From positions 96,001 to 160,000 of the forward strand of contig OZ241362.1 in the NCBI GenBank assembly GCA_965200315.1: 64,000 nucleotides of DNA. The letters run 5' to 3'. The stretch comes from Candidatus Latescibacterota bacterium (lineage in GTDB: Bacteria > Latescibacterota > UBA2968 > UBA8231). The notes under the pieces are model-generated. The model worked only from the letters and a program-made list of their open reading frames with translations, made no database searches and was not told the origin of the DNA. Position numbers and translations under genes: made by a program. The first letter of the stretch is position 1; every line of letters begins with the position of its first letter. Positions 29,653 through 42,000 of this stretch are shown one piece after another.

Positions 29653-31551
29653 ATGGACGCGCAGAAAACATTGCACGAGGCACGCCAGCACGTCGCCGCA
29701 GATGAATTCGACCGGGCCGAGAGCTTGTGCGCCGACATCTTGGTGGCCGACCCGGTTTGTGTGCCAGCGCATCAAGTGCTGGCCCGTGCTTGGCTGGGAC
29801 AGCGCGAACTCGACCGAGTGCGCGACCGCCTCGAGTACCGCAGTCAGTTGCCCCACGACGAACACTACGTCGAGTGGGGCCTGATCGCCGAGGAGCTGGA
29901 AGATCTGGAAAAGGCCAGCCAGATCTACGAAGAGCTTTTACAGCGCGAGCCGCAAAATCCCACCGCCCTGTACCACCTCGGGTTGCTCTGTTTAGAACGC
30001 GGCGAGCGGGACCGGGCGGTGGGCCTGTTGCAACGCACCCTGCGGGCGCAGCCAGAACGCGCGGCCGCTGCTTTTGAGCTGGCCCAGTGCTATGCTGAAG
30101 ACGAGTTGTGGGGGCTCGCGGCCGACGCGTACGAGCGCGGTTTAGGGCGCGACCCAGCCAATGAGGACGCCCGCATCGCCCTGAAGGTAGTGAAGGCCCG
30201 GATGCAGGAGTTGGCCCAGTTGCCCAAGAGCGAGACGCCGGTCGGCCATGGCCCGGCCCGGCGCATGCGGGTGTTGTTTGCCGGGCGGGAAAACGTCCAC
30301 GCCCGGCAGTGGATCGACGAAAACGGCCGGGTCGGCTACAGCCCGGTCCACGAGCCCCTTGCCGAGCCCCTGTTGGCCCTGCACTTGCAAGGATCGGCCA
30401 CTTTGGGCGCGTACCCGGTGCGGGCAGACCAGACCGTGCTGTTTGGGGCCGTTGACATAGACGTGCGGAAGAGTGCGCTCGCAAAGGGCGAGGAGGGCGA
30501 GCCGGTAGCAGCCCAACTGCAGGAGATCGTGCAAGCCGATGCCCGGCGGCTCGCCCGGCAGTTTGAGCAGTTGCACTTGCCGGTATATGCAGAAGACAGC
30601 GGCTACAAAGGCGTTCACTTGTGGCTCTTTCTGGCCGAGCCTGTGCCCGCCGCTGCGGTCAAGCGCTTTTTAGAAGCCATCGTCCAGCGGGTCGGCCCTC
30701 CCGCTCCCGAACTCCAGTGGGAGGTTTTTCCCAAGCAAGAACAGGTCACCGCCGATCAGCTCGGCAATCTGATCAAACTACCGCTGGGCATTCACCTGAA
30801 GACCGGACGCCGGTGTTTGTTCACAGACTTGGAAGGACGTATATACAGCGATCAAGAAGATTTTCTTGAGCGCGTCCAACAGGTTGAGCGCCAAGCCTTT
30901 GACCAAGCCGCGTCCCGCTTGGTAGCCCCGCCCGGCCCAGGCGGCGCAACCGGATCGGCTCAAGACCTGCGAGCCGCGTTCCCCGAATACGAGGCCCTCT
31001 TCAAGGGTTGCCCGGTCTTGATTGCCCTGATGGAAAAAGCCGTGAGTACGCACCACCTTACCCACGACGAGCGCTTGGTACTCAAGTGCTTCTTAGGGCA
31101 CTTGGGCGAGGGAGGCCGCCGGCTGATTCACGGCATTGTGGGGCATTGTCTCGATTACTCTGAATCCATTACCCAGCAGCAGATCGAGCGCACCCCGCCC
31201 TCGCCCATTAGCTGCCCCAAAATTCGGCAGCGTCTCCCGGATGTTACTTCCACGGTCAACTGCGCCTGTGTATTTGAGTTGCCCGCCGGAGGCTATCCTT
31301 CCCCGCTGTTGCATCTCGAACCGACCTTTACTGCGGGGCGATCCCACAAAGCCGAGCGCCACGAGGCCCTCGTCGACCAATACGTAAATTTGCGGCGAGA
31401 GCACCAGCGATTGAGCCGCGAGCTAGCAAAGGCGGAAGAGGACCTGCGCTACGCCTTGCATTCGTCGGAACAGGACGAGTTGCGGGCGGGCGGGTGGATT
31501 CTGCGCCGCGACGGGGACGATCGCCTGCGGGTGGAGGTCGACTTGGGATGA
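29653..31551 (+). CDS. CRISPR-associated primase-polymerase (CAPP): TPR repeats + AEP + PriL-CTD-like Cys domain
   Basis: N-terminal TPRs. AEP motifs AVDID, EDSGYKGVHLW, EVFPKQ and GNLIKLPLG. Cys sites GCPV, HCLDY, PISCPKI and NCAC. The stop overlaps the cas1 start (ATGA). Confidence 0.88.
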   Translation: MDAQKTLHEARQHVAADEFDRAESLCADILVADPVCVPAHQVLARAWLGQRELDRVRDRLEYRSQLPHDEHYVEWGLIAEELEDLEKASQIYEELLQREPQNPTALYHLGLLCLERGERDRAVGLLQRTLRAQPERAAAAFELAQCYAEDELWGLAADAYERGLGRDPANEDARIALKVVKARMQELAQLPKSETPVGHGPARRMRVLFAGRENVHARQWIDENGRVGYSPVHEPLAEPLLALHLQGSATLGAYPVRADQTVLFGAVDIDVRKSALAKGEEGEPVAAQLQEIVQADARRLARQFEQLHLPVYAEDSGYKGVHLWLFLAEPVPAAAVKRFLEAIVQRVGPPAPELQWEVFPKQEQVTADQLGNLIKLPLGIHLKTGRRCLFTDLEGRIYSDQEDFLERVQQVERQAFDQAASRLVAPPGPGGATGSAQDLRAAFPEYEALFKGCPVLIALMEKAVSTHHLTHDERLVLKCFLGHLGEGGRRLIHGIVGHCLDYSESITQQQIERTPPSPISCPKIRQRLPDVTSTVNCACVFELPAGGYPSPLLHLEPTFTAGRSHKAERHEALVDQYVNLRREHQRLSRELAKAEEDLRYALHSSEQDELRAGGWILRRDGDDRLRVEVDLG

Positions 31552-32546
31552 TTCTCTACGTGACCGATCAAGGGGCTGGCCTCTACCGCCGCGGGGAGCG
31601 CTTGCAGGTGCGGCGGCGCAAGGAAGTGTTGGCCGATGTGCCGCTCTACGAAGTGGAACAGGTCGTTTTTATGGGGCCAATCGCCCTTTCTACCCCAGCT
31701 ATGGGCGCCTTGCTCGAACGGGGCGTGGACACAGTCTTGCTGAGCACCCACGGCCAGTACCGGGGGCGGCTGGTCGGCCCGGCCCGGGGCAACGTGCTGC
31801 TGCGGCAAAAGCAGTTCAAGCGGTACGAGGACGAGGCGTTTCGTTTGGGCGTGGCCCGGGCAGTGGTGGAGGGCAAGTTGCGCAATATGCGGACGTTGCT
31901 CATGCGCTTGGCCCGGCGGCGCGGGCTGGAGGTAAAGGCCGTGGCCCACTTGCTGCGGCGATCGATTCAGCAGGCGCAGCAGGCCCCGCACGCCGAGGTG
32001 CTGCGCGGCATAGAAGGGGCTGGGACGGCGGCGTATTTCAAGGCGCTGGGCACTTTTTTGCCGGCCGAGCTCCAATTCAAGGGGCGCAACCGACGCCCGC
32101 CCAAAGATCCGGCCAATGCGCTGCTCAGCTTTGGCTACGCCTTGCTGGCCAACAGCGTAGAGGGCGCGATTTACTTGGTGGGGCTCGATCCGTACTTGGG
32201 CTTTTTGCACGTGGTAGATTACGGCCGCCCTTCGCTGGCACTGGACTTGATGGAGGAATTTCGCCCGGTGTTGGTGGATGCGGTGGTCTTGGACTTGGCC
32301 AATCACGGCCAGGTGCAGGGCGACGATTTTGAGCAGCGCGATGGGGGCGTGTTTCTGCGCGGCGATGGGCGCAAGCGGCTGATTGAGGCATACCAGCGGC
32401 GTCTTGAAGATCGGGTTGCTTATCCGGTTGGAGCCGAGCGGGTGGAGCGTATTTCTTACCGGCGTTGCCTCGAATATCAAGTGCGCCGACTGGCTCGGGT
32501 GATCTTGGGCGAGGCGGCTCACTACACAGCTTTTTTGGTGCGCTGA
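31548..32546 (+). CDS. cas1: CRISPR-associated integrase Cas1
   Basis: LYVTDQGA, catalytic GIEG..AAYF, RRPPKDPANALLSFGY, GLDPYLGFLH and LALDLMEEFRP. Confidence 0.98.
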   Translation: MILYVTDQGAGLYRRGERLQVRRRKEVLADVPLYEVEQVVFMGPIALSTPAMGALLERGVDTVLLSTHGQYRGRLVGPARGNVLLRQKQFKRYEDEAFRLGVARAVVEGKLRNMRTLLMRLARRRGLEVKAVAHLLRRSIQQAQQAPHAEVLRGIEGAGTAAYFKALGTFLPAELQFKGRNRRPPKDPANALLSFGYALLANSVEGAIYLVGLDPYLGFLHVVDYGRPSLALDLMEEFRPVLVDAVVLDLANHGQVQGDDFEQRDGGVFLRGDGRKRLIEAYQRRLEDRVAYPVGAERVERISYRRCLEYQVRRLARVILGEAAHYTAFLVR

Positions 32547-32547
32547 G

Positions 32548-32823
32548 ATGTTTGTAGTCGTATGCTTTGACATCAGCTCGGATCGGACTCGTCGGCAGGC
32601 GACTCGGGTGTTGGAAGACTACGGGACGCGGGTGCAGAAGAGCGTTTTCGAGTGTCGCATGGGTGAGCGGCAGTTCGTGGAGCTGCGGTACCGCATGAGT
32701 CAGCTCGATTTGGCGGCAGGCGATCTAGTGCGCTATTATACGTTGTGTCGAGCGTGTCAAGCCAAAGTCGAATTTACCGGCGGTTTGCCTCCGCAGGAGG
32801 AAAGAAGCCATATTATCGTCTGA
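32548..32823 (+). CDS. cas2: CRISPR-associated Cas2
   Basis: VVCFDI..DR.R, YGTRVQKSVFEC and D.VRYYTLC..C. Confidence 0.97.
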   Translation: MFVVVCFDISSDRTRRQATRVLEDYGTRVQKSVFECRMGERQFVELRYRMSQLDLAAGDLVRYYTLCRACQAKVEFTGGLPPQEERSHIIV

Positions 32824-33081
32824 AAACAAAATTTGCGACCCTCGTAAAAAGATGTTCGCCAATATGACAAAATGGTCTTATACTCTTTTAGGCTACAACG
32901 AATTAGGCATGTTACCTAGTCCAATCTTGGGTCGCAAATAGGTAACTACCTGTTCCGCAAGTGGTTAGATGAATACCCTTTCAGCAAGCGGCGCGTTTTT
33001 AGCGGGCAGATGCCTGTCAAAGTGGCGTGCGTCGCAAATGAGGGGCCAACTAAGTGTGGCTCAATAGATTAGAAAGGAGGA
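32824..33081 (+). promoter_or_regulatory. CRISPR leader
   Basis: 258-bp lower-GC non-coding segment between cas2 and the first repeat. Contains three GTCGCAAAT motifs and three IHF-like CAA-N4-TTA motifs. Confidence 0.88.
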
Positions 33082-36000
33082 CACAGAATTTAGGACCCGA
33101 TTTGTAGGGGATTGAAACCCGATGCGGGCCTTTATAACCTCAGGCTTTGCACGCACAGAATTTAGGACCCGATTTGTAGGGGATTGAAACCCAGAACAGG
33201 GTGTCGTGCTTGCGGTTGAACTGTTTCACAGAATTTAGGACCCGATTTGTAGGGGATTGAAACCTCGTCCAGGGCTACCACCCCCTCTTGCTCTTCGTGG
33301 GGCACAGAATTTAGGACCCGATTTGTAGGGGATTGAAACTACGGGGTGCTGCGGAGGTGCTGCTGGAGGTGCTTTGCCACAGAATTTAGGACCCGATTTG
33401 TAGGGGATTGAAACTAAACGCGACGCGAAGGGGCCAACAGCGAGGAACGGCGGCACAGAATTTAGGACCCGATTTGTAGGGGATTGAAACGGCGGAGAAC
33501 GCTACAGCCATGGCGACGATCGCCATGGCACAGAATTTAGGACCCGATTTGTAGGGGATTGAAACTACTCCCTCCAAGAGGCGCTCAACGACCTCCAGCT
33601 CGCCTCACAGAATTTAGGACCCGATTTGTAGGGGATTGAAACCCCTGGCGGGCACCGGCTACGGCCAAGTCGCCGTCCACAGAATTTAGGACCCGATTTG
33701 TAGGGGATTGAAACCACCACCGAGATTAGGAGCTCTCGGACGCGGGTCATTCTGACACAGAATTTAGGACCCGATTTGTAGGGGATTGAAACCCGTAGCC
33801 TCCTTGAGCTCGGCCAAGAGCTTTGGGGATCACAGAATTTAGGACCCGATTTGTAGGGGATTGAAACGATCTGTACCCCCATTCTCTAGCGGGTCCTTCT
33901 AGAGATCCACAGAATTTAGGACCCGATTTGTAGGGGATTGAAACTACGGGTCCAGACCGAGCTTTCATCAACGACGACGCACCACAGAATTTAGGACCCG
34001 ATTTGTAGGGGATTGAAACGAGGGTCAGGTCGGCCAGGCGGGCGGCGGGGGGCAGCGTCACAGAATTTAGGACCCGATTTGTAGGGGATTGAAACCTTCG
34101 TGGTGCTTCGTGGGTGCGGGGATACTGAAAAGTTGCACAGAATTTAGGACCCGATTTGTAGGGGATTGAAACCTAATCGCGGGAGGCGGCCTCTTGGGCC
34201 TCCGGTGGAAACACAGAATTTAGGACCCGATTTGTAGGGGATTGAAACGCATACACAACGACCGCAGCCGCCTCGTCTTCGACCGCACAGAATTTAGGAC
34301 CCGATTTGTAGGGGATTGAAACCACCGCAGTCGGTCATCTGCTGGGCGCTCAGCTCCTGCACAGAATTTAGGACCCGATTTGTAGGGGATTGAAACTGAT
34401 AGGGAGGCCGCAATTGGCCTCTCGGAGGGGGACTCCCTGCAGCACAGAATTTAGGACCCGATTTGTAGGGGATTGAAACACGAAGAAGTTCGCCTGGACG
34501 ATCCCTAGGCGGGCGTCCAGCACAGAATTTAGGACCCGATTTGTAGGGGATTGAAACTACTACTACCGGCCGACCGTCGGCCAGTAGTACGCCGCCACAG
34601 AATTTAGGACCCGATTTGTAGGGGATTGAAACTCGGCCTTCGAGATGGGGATTGTCCAATAATAACACAGAATTTAGGACCCGATTTGTAGGGGATTGAA
34701 ACATGCCCTGCGCCTGGCCGTGCGCCCATACGCGGCCGCTGTGCGTCACAGAATTTAGGACCCGATTTGTAGGGGATTGAAACCTTTCTTTTAGTGTGCA
34801 TGCGCGGCATGCGTTTTCCCACACAGAATTTAGGACCCGATTTGTAGGGGATTGAAACACTTCGGGGAGGGAGGCTTTTTGCCACCCCTCCTCCGGTACA
34901 CAGAATTTAGGACCCGATTTGTAGGGGATTGAAACCCGTCACCAACGGCGGCGGTTACTACAGGTATTTCCGTCTCACAGAATTTAGGACCCGATTTGTA
35001 GGGGATTGAAACGATGAGAATGGCCCCGGCGACGGGGGCTGCCAGCGCACAGAATTTAGGACCCGATTTGTAGGGGATTGAAACGCGGCGGGGGTGGAGC
35101 TGGCCCTCGCGGGCCCACCGGCACAGAATTTAGGACCCGATTTGTAGGGGATTGAAACCTACTTTCTCCGGCAGACATACGAGTAGCGAAACTACACAGA
35201 ATTTAGGACCCGATTTGTAGGGGATTGAAACTCGTGGTAGGCATCGCCGGGCCCAGAATCCCGGCGCACCACAGAATTTAGGACCCGATTTGTAGGGGAT
35301 TGAAACTAGCAGGATGAGATAGTCGGAGTACGGCTGATCATATACCACAGAATTTAGGACCCGATTTGTAGGGGATTGAAACCACCATACTGGGCCGGGG
35401 ATGGCCCGCCCGTAGCCGGCGCACAGAATTTAGGACCCGATTTGTAGGGGATTGAAACGAACATACCAGGGCGACCAAGTGAATCGGCAGAGTGCCGACA
35501 CAGAATTTAGGACCCGATTTGTAGGGGATTGAAACTTCTCCAGGGCCGTGTCGAACGTCTTGGGCGTGCCGCAGTAGCACAGAATTTAGGACCCGATTTG
35601 TAGGGGATTGAAACGGGGGGATAACCATCTCGAGATGGAGGTAGCGCCCCCCCTGGGCGCATACCTCCACAGAATTTAGGACCCGATTTGTAGGGGATTG
35701 AAACTCGTAAGCGAGGAGACATTAAGTGGAGTTTTCACTCTCCACAGAATTTAGGACCCGATTTGTAGGGGATTGAAACGTCGAGGAACATCACACCACG
35801 CTCCCCCTTACCGGGGACACAGAATTTAGGACCCGATTTGTAGGGGATTGAAACCCCCTCCCCTTTACTTACTTCTCCTCGTCGGCAGCCGAAGCACAGA
35901 ATTTAGGACCCGATTTGTAGGGGATTGAAACGTGAAAAGCTTCGGCCATTCGGCCGACTGAAAATATAACACAGAATTTAGGACCCGATTTGTAGGGGAT

Positions 36001-39000
36001 TGAAACCGGCATACCCCTCTTAACGCAAGGAGAGACAACATGAGCATCACACAGAATTTAGGACCCGATTTGTAGGGGATTGAAACCGGCGGTCGCGCTC
36101 CGCCATCCGATTCATCTCCTCAGCCCAACACAGAATTTAGGACCCGATTTGTAGGGGATTGAAACGCTTTCTTTATCTCATCCTCTATAAAGCTGGCGGA
36201 CTTACGTCACAGAATTTAGGACCCGATTTGTAGGGGATTGAAACGTCTGCCATTCGCGCAAGAAGGCGGTTTTGAGCTCCCCACAGAATTTAGGACCCGA
36301 TTTGTAGGGGATTGAAACTAGCCGTTCTTGCTCCAATAGTAGGGCGGTATTATCGCGCACAGAATTTAGGACCCGATTTGTAGGGGATTGAAACCCCCGA
36401 TGAGGCCGCCAATGATTAGGGAAAGTACTGCTACACAGAATTTAGGACCCGATTTGTAGGGGATTGAAACATACAAAAATGTTCATCACTCATGCTCCTA
36501 TTAGGAGGGCACAGAATTTAGGACCCGATTTGTAGGGGATTGAAACGTTAGCTACGTCGATGGTCTCGTCGAGGGCTGCGTGGAGCACAGAATTTAGGAC
36601 CCGATTTGTAGGGGATTGAAACATAACATGCACTGGCCCATCAATGGGATTGATGCACCAGCACAGAATTTAGGACCCGATTTGTAGGGGATTGAAACGT
36701 ATCCCGTGCCGATGGCCCCGGGGAATATGGCCCAGCACAGAATTTAGGACCCGATTTGTAGGGGATTGAAACTCGGCTGCCGAGAAACGTTCCGTCCAGT
36801 CCTCAAAGGAACACAGAATTTAGGACCCGATTTGTAGGGGATTGAAACTAGGCGGAGCGGGGGTGGAGCTGGCCCTCGCGGGCCCACCACAGAATTTAGG
36901 ACCCGATTTGTAGGGGATTGAAACATGAAGCTGGCCCTCGCGGGCCCACTTCGTTCCCCAGCACAGAATTTAGGACCCGATTTGTAGGGGATTGAAACCA
37001 AAGGAATCGGCGGTTTCGGTAAAACGAGTTTTTTCGGCACAGAATTTAGGACCCGATTTGTAGGGGATTGAAACTTACTCCTCCTCCAGCGGATCGCCGT
37101 CCTTATCTGCGCACAGAATTTAGGACCCGATTTGTAGGGGATTGAAACTTCCGTCAGCGTTACTGTCAGCGTGTACAAAGCCGATGCCACAGAATTTAGG
37201 ACCCGATTTGTAGGGGATTGAAACCGGGAGCGCCGGCTCGAAGAGACGCTGGCTATCGCGGACACAGAATTTAGGACCCGATTTGTAGGGGATTGAAACG
37301 TGAGGAGGACCGCGCCCGACTCGTCGAAGCCGGAGGTCACAGAATTTAGGACCCGATTTGTAGGGGATTGAAACTCGAAGGCATCTACCGCGTCGACATG
37401 GTGGCGTCGGAGGGGCACAGAATTTAGGACCCGATTTGTAGGGGATTGAAACCTATGGGGTCCGTGTCCGGGACCTCGCCCGGGGTGAAGTGGCACAGAA
37501 TTTAGGACCCGATTTGTAGGGGATTGAAACCCCTTAATCCCCCAGCCACTACCCTAACGAAAGTATCCTCACAGAATTTAGGACCCGATTTGTAGGGGAT
37601 TGAAACTCTACGAGGGTGTCGATGGTTGCTTGTGGCACGTCCGCCACAGAATTTAGGACCCGATTTGTAGGGGATTGAAACTTTAAGTACTCGTCTTGCT
37701 CCGGAGTATCGGCCGCAAGGCACAGAATTTAGGACCCGATTTGTAGGGGATTGAAACAAGCAGGATTCGAGGCCGACGTCGCGGCCTCCCGGGGGTCACA
37801 GAATTTAGGACCCGATTTGTAGGGGATTGAAACTCGACTTCGCTTCTGTGTTCACGCCGCTGCCGGCGCACAGAATTTAGGACCCGATTTGTAGGGGATT
37901 GAAACGTTGCTCCAGGTGTTTAATCCGAAGATCGGTGCTCATTTCACAGAATTTAGGACCCGATTTGTAGGGGATTGAAACATGAATCCGATAGTTTCTG
38001 CTGAAGCCACTTACCGCTCCACAGAATTTAGGACCCGATTTGTAGGGGATTGAAACTCACATAGGAGCCTACTCATGACCACCGCCCTCACCGTACACAG
38101 AATTTAGGACCCGATTTGTAGGGGATTGAAACGTAGGTACGCCGCCACGCTGCGACGGCGTCCTTGTGCTGCACAGAATTTAGGACCCGATTTGTAGGGG
38201 ATTGAAACGTAGGTACGCCGCCACGCTGCGACGGCGTCCTTGTGCTGCACAGAATTTAGGACCCGATTTGTAGGGGATTGAAACGCTTTGGCGGCGGCCG
38301 CGTAGCGCCTCGCCGCCTCGCCCCACAGAATTTAGGACCCGATTTGTAGGGGATTGAAACTAACCACCTTGAGCACCTCCGTAAACGTCTCGGCGTCACA
38401 GAATTTAGGACCCGATTTGTAGGGGATTGAAACCTACCTGCACATCCTTCATCTTGCCAGGGTAAGAGGGTATATCACAGAATTTAGGACCCGATTTGTA
38501 GGGGATTGAAACTACTCGCTGGCGATCTGGCGCGCCGTCTTGGCCCATTCCGGCACAGAATTTAGGACCCGATTTGTAGGGGATTGAAACTCATGGTTCA
38601 ATCCTCTCGGTTGGGGGTGGGGCGGTTGCACAGAATTTAGGACCCGATTTGTAGGGGATTGAAACTTGGGTAGCGACCCACGCGACGTAGCACTCGCTCA
38701 GCACAGAATTTAGGACCCGATTTGTAGGGGATTGAAACCGCGGTCAAGCGCCGCTTCGGCTTTCGCTACCCTGCGACGCCACAGAATTTAGGACCCGATT
38801 TGTAGGGGATTGAAACCGAAATCCCCCACGCCGACCGTCGAACCGACGGCGGCTCACAGAATTTAGGACCCGATTTGTAGGGGATTGAAACATAGGCCAA
38901 GCCCCCACATTGGCCGCACTCCTGCATCACAGAATTTAGGACCCGATTTGTAGGGGATTGAAACAGGTGGTCGATCTGCAACTCTTGGAGTTGCTCTTTA

Positions 39001-42000
39001 GTCCACAGAATTTAGGACCCGATTTGTAGGGGATTGAAACTTAGGGCTAAAGTATTGTGCTGCAACGAGTTACGCGGGTCACAGAATTTAGGACCCGATT
39101 TGTAGGGGATTGAAACTGGCACGTTGCCCACGCTGGTGGCTCCTGTGCCGTCCACACAGAATTTAGGACCCGATTTGTAGGGGATTGAAACTTGCAGCAC
39201 AGACCCTTACAAGCCACAAAAAAAAGTTTCACAGAATTTAGGACCCGATTTGTAGGGGATTGAAACGTGAATGGTCTAGCCAGTCTGCAGATACTAGCCT
39301 GGACACAGAATTTAGGACCCGATTTGTAGGGGATTGAAACTTTTTTGGAGAAAAACCGTTTGCACATTATCGCGCGCCGCACAGAATTTAGGACCCGATT
39401 TGTAGGGGATTGAAACGATGCGTGCGTTAGCGGTTGCTGCAACCATTTACCGCTCACAGAATTTAGGACCCGATTTGTAGGGGATTGAAACGCGTGCGTA
39501 CGCGCGCGCGTTATGTACCTAGTACCTAGGCACAGAATTTAGGACCCGATTTGTAGGGGATTGAAACGATAGCCGGTAGCTCTTCGGACATCGCGCTTTC
39601 CTTCACAGAATTTAGGACCCGATTTGTAGGGGATTGAAACCCGTAGCGGGCTACCCCCTCTTCGTCGACTACGACATAGCACAGAATTTAGGACCCGATT
39701 TGTAGGGGATTGAAACATAGACGAACCCTTGTCTTTGTGCTCCTTGACCTTCTCCACAGAATTTAGGACCCGATTTGTAGGGGATTGAAACGAGGATGTT
39801 GTCCACCATCCCCGGAGTGGCGCCCTCCGGCACAGAATTTAGGACCCGATTTGTAGGGGATTGAAACGTGAAGATGAGCTAGTGCTTCGTCGTAAGGGTA
39901 TCTTCGCACAGAATTTAGGACCCGATTTGTAGGGGATTGAAACAACAAACCCTCAAGACGATTGCAGACTTTGTAATCCGACCACAGAATTTAGGACCCG
40001 ATTTGTAGGGGATTGAAACAACATGAACTACCCACTCGGCAAACCACGCTGCCTTCATCACAGAATTTAGGACCCGATTTGTAGGGGATTGAAACCCCGC
40101 AGGTGTACCATGACGCTGTCCAACGTCCTCGGGCACAGAATTTAGGACCCGATTTGTAGGGGATTGAAACCACATCCACCTGCACCGTAGGCGACGCTTT
40201 CGTCAGTTCCACAGAATTTAGGACCCGATTTGTAGGGGATTGAAACTCGTCGACCGTGATCGGACACCGAATGATGTAGTTAGCCTCACAGAATTTAGGA
40301 CCCGATTTGTAGGGGATTGAAACTGCAAAAGCACACGGCGATTGCTGGTACCGTGCGGTATACACAGAATTTAGGACCCGATTTGTAGGGGATTGAAACA
40401 TCGGACCCCGTCAACGAGACGAAGATACCCTTACGACACAGAATTTAGGACCCGATTTGTAGGGGATTGAAACCAGCACCTTCTGGCGGACGGCGCCCCA
40501 GGGGCGCGTCTTACCACAGAATTTAGGACCCGATTTGTAGGGGATTGAAACTAGTGCTTCTTGGGCCCGATTAATCGGGGTATTCTTGCGCACAGAATTT
40601 AGGACCCGATTTGTAGGGGATTGAAACCGTCGCTGGCCCCGCTCGTCGGCATCCCGACGACAGCACAGAATTTAGGACCCGATTTGTAGGGGATTGAAAC
40701 TGGCCTACGGGCCACGTTTGCGGCGATTGGTCCGCTCCTCACAGAATTTAGGACCCGATTTGTAGGGGATTGAAACCTAAGGTTGTGGTTGCGCTCGGGC
40801 TTCGGACCGAGCCACAGAATTTAGGACCCGATTTGTAGGGGATTGAAACTCCTCGGCGTCGGTGTAGGCCAAGACCGACCTCCACTGGCCACAGAATTTA
40901 GGACCCGATTTGTAGGGGATTGAAACTATGGGAGCGTCGGGTCAAACTCGTCAAGCTGCGACATGGCCACAGAATTTAGGACCCGATTTGTAGGGGATTG
41001 AAACATCTGTCGGTGGCAGCCGTATCAACCACGGACCACGCGCACAGAATTTAGGACCCGATTTGTAGGGGATTGAAACGACTTACGCGCCATACGGGCC
41101 GGGGAAATAGACCTAGGCACAGAATTTAGGACCCGATTTGTAGGGGATTGAAACCCATATAGTCCGGGGCGAGCGATGCGATCCTGAATGCTGCACAGAA
41201 TTTAGGACCCGATTTGTAGGGGATTGAAACAGTACGGCGACGTCTACAAGACCAGCATACCCCACGTGCCACAGAATTTAGGACCCGATTTGTAGGGGAT
41301 TGAAACTAGCGGCCGCGGCTGGCAGCCGCTTACGCGGTATTCGGCGCACAGAATTTAGGACCCGATTTGTAGGGGATTGAAACTCAAAGGCACTCCAAGC
41401 CAGCCACGCATACGGATCACTGCACAGAATTTAGGACCCGATTTGTAGGGGATTGAAACCTGATTGCTACGGTCCAAAGACGTTATCAGTTCATCCAGCG
41501 CACAGAATTTAGGACCCGATTTGTAGGGGATTGAAACCCAATTCTTCCTCCATTTTGGCGCGCCGGGTCTCGCCACACAGAATTTAGGACCCGATTTGTA
41601 GGGGATTGAAACTGCTGATGCGCCCCAAGAAAGGGGAGGAGGCGCCCACGCCCGGCACAGAATTTAGGACCCGATTTGTAGGGGATTGAAACTGGACGAC
41701 CTGACCCTCCTCGAGGGGGCGCTCGGTGCCGCCACAGAATTTAGGACCCGATTTGTAGGGGATTGAAACGCCGAACAGATCAATGAGATCGTCTTGCTTG
41801 GGGCTGGCACAGAATTTAGGACCCGATTTGTAGGGGATTGAAACTCTGTTCAGTTCTGCATTAGCCGCTTCCCACTCTTTGTCACAGAATTTAGGACCCG
41901 ATTTGTAGGGGATTGAAACCTACCAATTTACTCATTCTCCGAAAAAGCGCAATACTTTTTCACAGAATTTAGGACCCGATTTGTAGGGGATTGAAACGAG

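Noticed and set aside
29653-32546. Reverse transcriptase-Cas1 fusion as a source of RNA-derived spacers
   Set aside because: No RT (YADD-type) motifs are present. Cas1 is stand-alone and the upstream polymerase is an AEP.
31449-32573. 374-aa antisense ORF over cas1 (similar cases at 22890-23966, 29453-30484 and 59599-60720)
   Set aside because: Shadow ORFs typical of high-GC coding DNA, with no motifs of their own.
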